A DNA stretch of 64,000 nucleotides. Origin: Blepharisma stoltei ATCC 30299. Lineage: Eukaryota > Protista > Ciliophora. The notes under the pieces were generated by a model that ran no database searches, was not told the DNA's origin, and worked only from the letters and a program-made list of their open reading frames with translations. The position numbers and the translations under genes were made by a program. Of this stretch, positions 60,548 to 64,000 are shown piece by piece. The DNA lies in contig CBFDEM010000035.1 of the NCBI GenBank assembly GCA_965603825.1, forward strand, positions 1-64,000. The letters run 5' to 3'. Position 1 is the first letter of the stretch, and each line of letters begins with the position of its first letter.

Positions 60548-62245
60548 TTAAACACTTGGAGTTCTTGACTCGCAGAGTTTATAATACTCAATAATTCCTT
60601 CATATTTCTGAAGAATATTATTCATTTGCGAATATTGAGCTTCAAATTCTATTTCTTTTTTCTGCATCTCGTTCTGTAAACTTATAGCTTTTACTTTGAA
60701 ATTCAAAGATTGCTGGATTAGCTCATCAATTTTGATTAAAAGTGAGTCAAATAGCAATGACGTACATTTAATCATGGTTTCTAACGCACTCGCATTTTGA
60801 GGAAAAATTTTGGAAATTCCTTTGAGTATTGATTTCATGCAGACTAAATAGTCAAGGTATCAGTTTTTATAATCTGAATTTTCAGATGGGCTGAGAATTT
60901 GCTTTAACAAATTCGTAGATTTTGACTGCAAATGAGAGCAAGCTGACTTTAATTTTCCAATGATTTTTATTATATTAGATATTTCATTAGAAGACTCACT
61001 TTGCAGTTCTTTAGGCTCTTCATTTAGAATTTTATCAAGAGGCAGCCTAAAGCAAGGGGTAATAGGGTTTTTTACAGCGGGAGGGACATTCAGTTGAGTA
61101 AAAGTAGTCTGCATTAAATTTTCAGGGCCATTTGTAGGTTTCTCATTATTAATTGAGTCTCTTGAGCTTGGGTTAATATTTTGTGGAATGATTATCCTCA
61201 AATACTGATTTTTCAGTGATAAATCTACTGAAAGCTTGTTCCCACCAATCGAAAAATCGACAGAAAATGGGCCATTGTCTTGCTGGGACTCTTTAGAAGA
61301 GCACCCAGACATGCTTGGAAGCCTTCTTTTAGGAGGAGTAATTGATTTTAGTTTTCCATCCCCAAATACATTAGTTGATAATGGTGGAGCTTCATGAATT
61401 CTTGACGATTTTTGGCTTCGGATCGGGGCTTCTAAATTTGATTTTATTTGCATTATTATCGATATTTGTTCATTCAAAATCGTTTCATTTACAGGAGAAA
61501 TCAAGCAATACTCACAATACGAGCTTGAATCCGACACATTTGTATAGCAGAGACATTTTTTGCATTTTTTAAAATTCGAATTTTCAGACAAGTCAAAGGT
61601 AGAAATGCTTTGTTGAGGAAAAGGACTTGACCTATCTGTTCTTGGCTGAGAGTTTCTTGGAGGCAGAGAAACAGGGCTGAGTGTGTTAGCCCTGCAATTG
61701 CATCCACACAGGATGCATGAATTTCTCCCTAGTTTACGTAACTCTTTGATGTCGTCGGGGTTTAGTTTTGAAATGCTGAGACCTAAGATTTTTTCGAGTA
61801 GTCCTAGTCTGTTTATATCAGTTATTTGGTAAATTTCATTATGAATAATACGCCATTCCTCCTCAGAAATTTTGTCGAGAAATTGTTCATGGAGTTTATT
61901 TTCAATTGAGGATCTTAATTTGGATTTAGGATTTATATCAATTGTTGCTGAGCTTGGTTCGTCGATCATAATTTGCCTTTCTGTAAAAGATCTAAACAAA
62001 TCTGAAGCTGAGGACTGCCTCTGATGCCTCATTTCTTGCACTTGGGGTGTTGGAGGAATTAGCGTCGCTAAGTCATCTGTCGAAGATATTGGCATATTAA
62101 TGTGACATTGTGCCTTAATTATGTCAGCAAAGTCGCTAATCTCGATTGATTGGCATTTTTCTTTTATTCCTACAGCTGTTTTTCTGCGAATCGAAAACTC
62201 AGGGGTATTCCTCTGGAACTTGGAAGCTGAGATGGCCGCTTGCAT
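60548..62245 (-). CDS. Hypothetical protein with Cys clusters and a C-terminal coiled coil
   Basis: Two track ORFs joined in frame by TGA 60860; CKKC...CEYC. Confidence 0.7.
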
Positions 62246-62363
62246 ATTTATGAATTAAATAATAATATCATGCATTATGATGCCGTAATTAATGAAAATA
62301 ATTGAAATATACTGGAATAGAGAAAATTCAACTTTTAACATGAGATAATAATTTCTCAATAAA

Positions 62364-63575
62364 ATGGCAGGTATGATTAAGAAAATACAAAAACTCAAAG
62401 AAAGCCAAGATCCATCTGCCTTTGAAGATATTGATAAAGATTCAAGTCTAGAGTATGAAAGTGAGGATAACAAATCTAATGCTGAAGAAGAAAACGAAGA
62501 AGAAGAGTTAGTCGAAGAAATGAACCAAGCCTCATTAAAATCATTTCAAAATCAAAAAATTGAGTTGTCAAAATCCAGTATAAACCCTTTAGAATCTGGA
62601 GAAATTCCTGACTATATAGCAGCAAATGTTGAAGCTCGCTCATCTCTTGCCAATCTGCAATTTAAGCTTGACCCTCTCAGAGCAAAAGATGACTCAATCC
62701 ATAGCACAAGTTACAATGAATTAGGCTTTGAAAAGGAATTTGATTATTGAAAAGAAACTTTATTGCAAGGGTTTAATTTACTTTTATATGGACCTGGATC
62801 AAAACTTGAAGTGTTAGAAACATTTTATGAGTATTTAGAAAATGATGACCCTCCAAGGATGATTATTAAAGCTTATCACCCATTAATGACAATTAGAAAA
62901 GTTTTAGAAGGAATTTGGGAGAATTTAGGAAAAGACCCTCCTATGAGTGGAAAACCAGAAACTCTTGTAACTAAAACCTTGAACTTATTGACAGAAATTT
63001 CTAAGGTTAGCCCATTTCATTTTTTTATAATAATACACAATATTGAAGGGCAAAATTTTACTTTAACAGAAACACAGGACATTTTAAGCAGAATTGCTAA
63101 TCATCCTGCAGTCCATTTAGTGGCGTCTCTCGACAATCCATATTTATTATTCAGATGGTCAATTGATACAAATATTCGATATAATTTCATTTATATCCCT
63201 GCCACTACTTTTTATCCATATACAGAAGAGCTTTCAGTTGTGGAAAATTTGCCAATTTTTCACAAATCAACTACTTTTGCTCAAATTAGAGGAACAAAAT
63301 ACGTTCTTCAAAGTATGACGCGAATCCAAAGAGATATTCTGCTGCAGCTGGCTAATATTCATGTAACGCAGCCTAAAGGGATACTTTTTAGTGAATTCTA
63401 TAAGATCTGTGAAGACGAGATATTGGTGACTAACCAAAAGCAACTGAAGGATTTTTTAATAGAAGCAAGAGACCATCAAATGATTGTTTATAAAAACAGT
63501 CAGAGTGGAGAAAGTATGATAGTGATGAAGACTGATCCAAATATTTTAATTGAGTTAATTAATGAAGATAGCTAG
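62364..63575 (+). CDS. ORC2: Origin recognition complex subunit 2
   Basis: FDYW(TGA)KETLLQGFNLLLYGPGSK, IIHNIEG, LVASLDN, TTFYPYTEE, FLIEARDH. Confidence 0.92.
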
Positions 63576-63772
63576 GCAATACAGTCTTATGGTATTTTTC
63601 TGGGATTTTTATTTTCTTAGTCTTGATATAAAGAGATTTTAAATCCTTCAGCCCAATAAATAAGCAGATGAACCCAAACCAGGTTTATAGCCATTTTTTA
63701 ACCAACTTCTTGAGTATCAAGTATTGAAAACTTGCAGCATAATTTTCTATTATTAGTGCAATTTTCTTATAA

Positions 63773-64000
63773 ATGGCAAAGAGCCTCTTAGCCTTGATTT
63801 TTCTCTTAGCTTTTGCTTATTCTATTGAGCCAGCTGGTAAAGCAAAGCTTGAAAAGCTCCGTGCCCTGTCTTCAGCATCCCAAGGCATGATTCGTTTAAA
63901 TACAACAGGCTATTACCATTATATCGTAGACTCTCCACGTCCTTATATCGTAGTTGTCTACTTCACAGCAGATGTCACCAAATTCAAGTGCTTACAATGT
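63773..64000 (+). CDS. OST3/OST6 (MAGT1/TUSC3)-family oligosaccharyltransferase subunit, 5' part; runs off the window
   Basis: Signal peptide, then MIRLN...SPRPYIVVVYFTA....KCLQC, the thioredoxin-like CxxC. Confidence 0.85.
   Translation, partial: MAKSLLALIFLLAFAYSIEPAGKAKLEKLRALSSASQGMIRLNTTGYYHYIVDSPRPYIVVVYFTADVTKFKCLQC

Overview
This is eukaryotic DNA, not prokaryotic: the telomere-capped end of a gene-dense chromosome from a heterotrich ciliate, most likely the macronuclear genome of Blepharisma. Three features support this. (1) A ~3.08 kb (CCCTAACA)n telomere at 1-3079. (2) In-frame TGA codons fall at conserved Trp positions of many proteins, while every intact gene I reconstructed ends in TAA or TAG, so UGA=Trp and the supplied ORF track splits most genes. 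(3) There are 15-16 nt GTA...AG introns with an A at position 10. Re-reading with this code gives about 45 genes. The first ~25 kb is dominated by fast-turnover families: Kelch-like propellers (two intact, two disrupted, one relic) and F-box-like proteins with a CxxC...HxC motif (three intact, one relic). It also holds a biotin ligase, sulfide:quinone oxidoreductase and a ~1205-aa WD40-plus-TRP-like channel. Beyond ~26.5 kb are tightly packed, mostly conserved genes, including katanin p60, DDRGK1, WDR18, DP, PP2C, Myb, epsilon-tubulin, V-ATPase F, ORC2 and OST3/6. The best candidates for new biology are the WD40-TRP-like channel, the F-box-like/Zn family, three apparent pseudo-enzymes (kinesin, sphingosine kinase, paraoxonase), an OEP61/TPR7-like receptor, a SAM-cyclin-Y fusion and two candidate microproteins. 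All family calls come from manual motif recognition; no searches were run.
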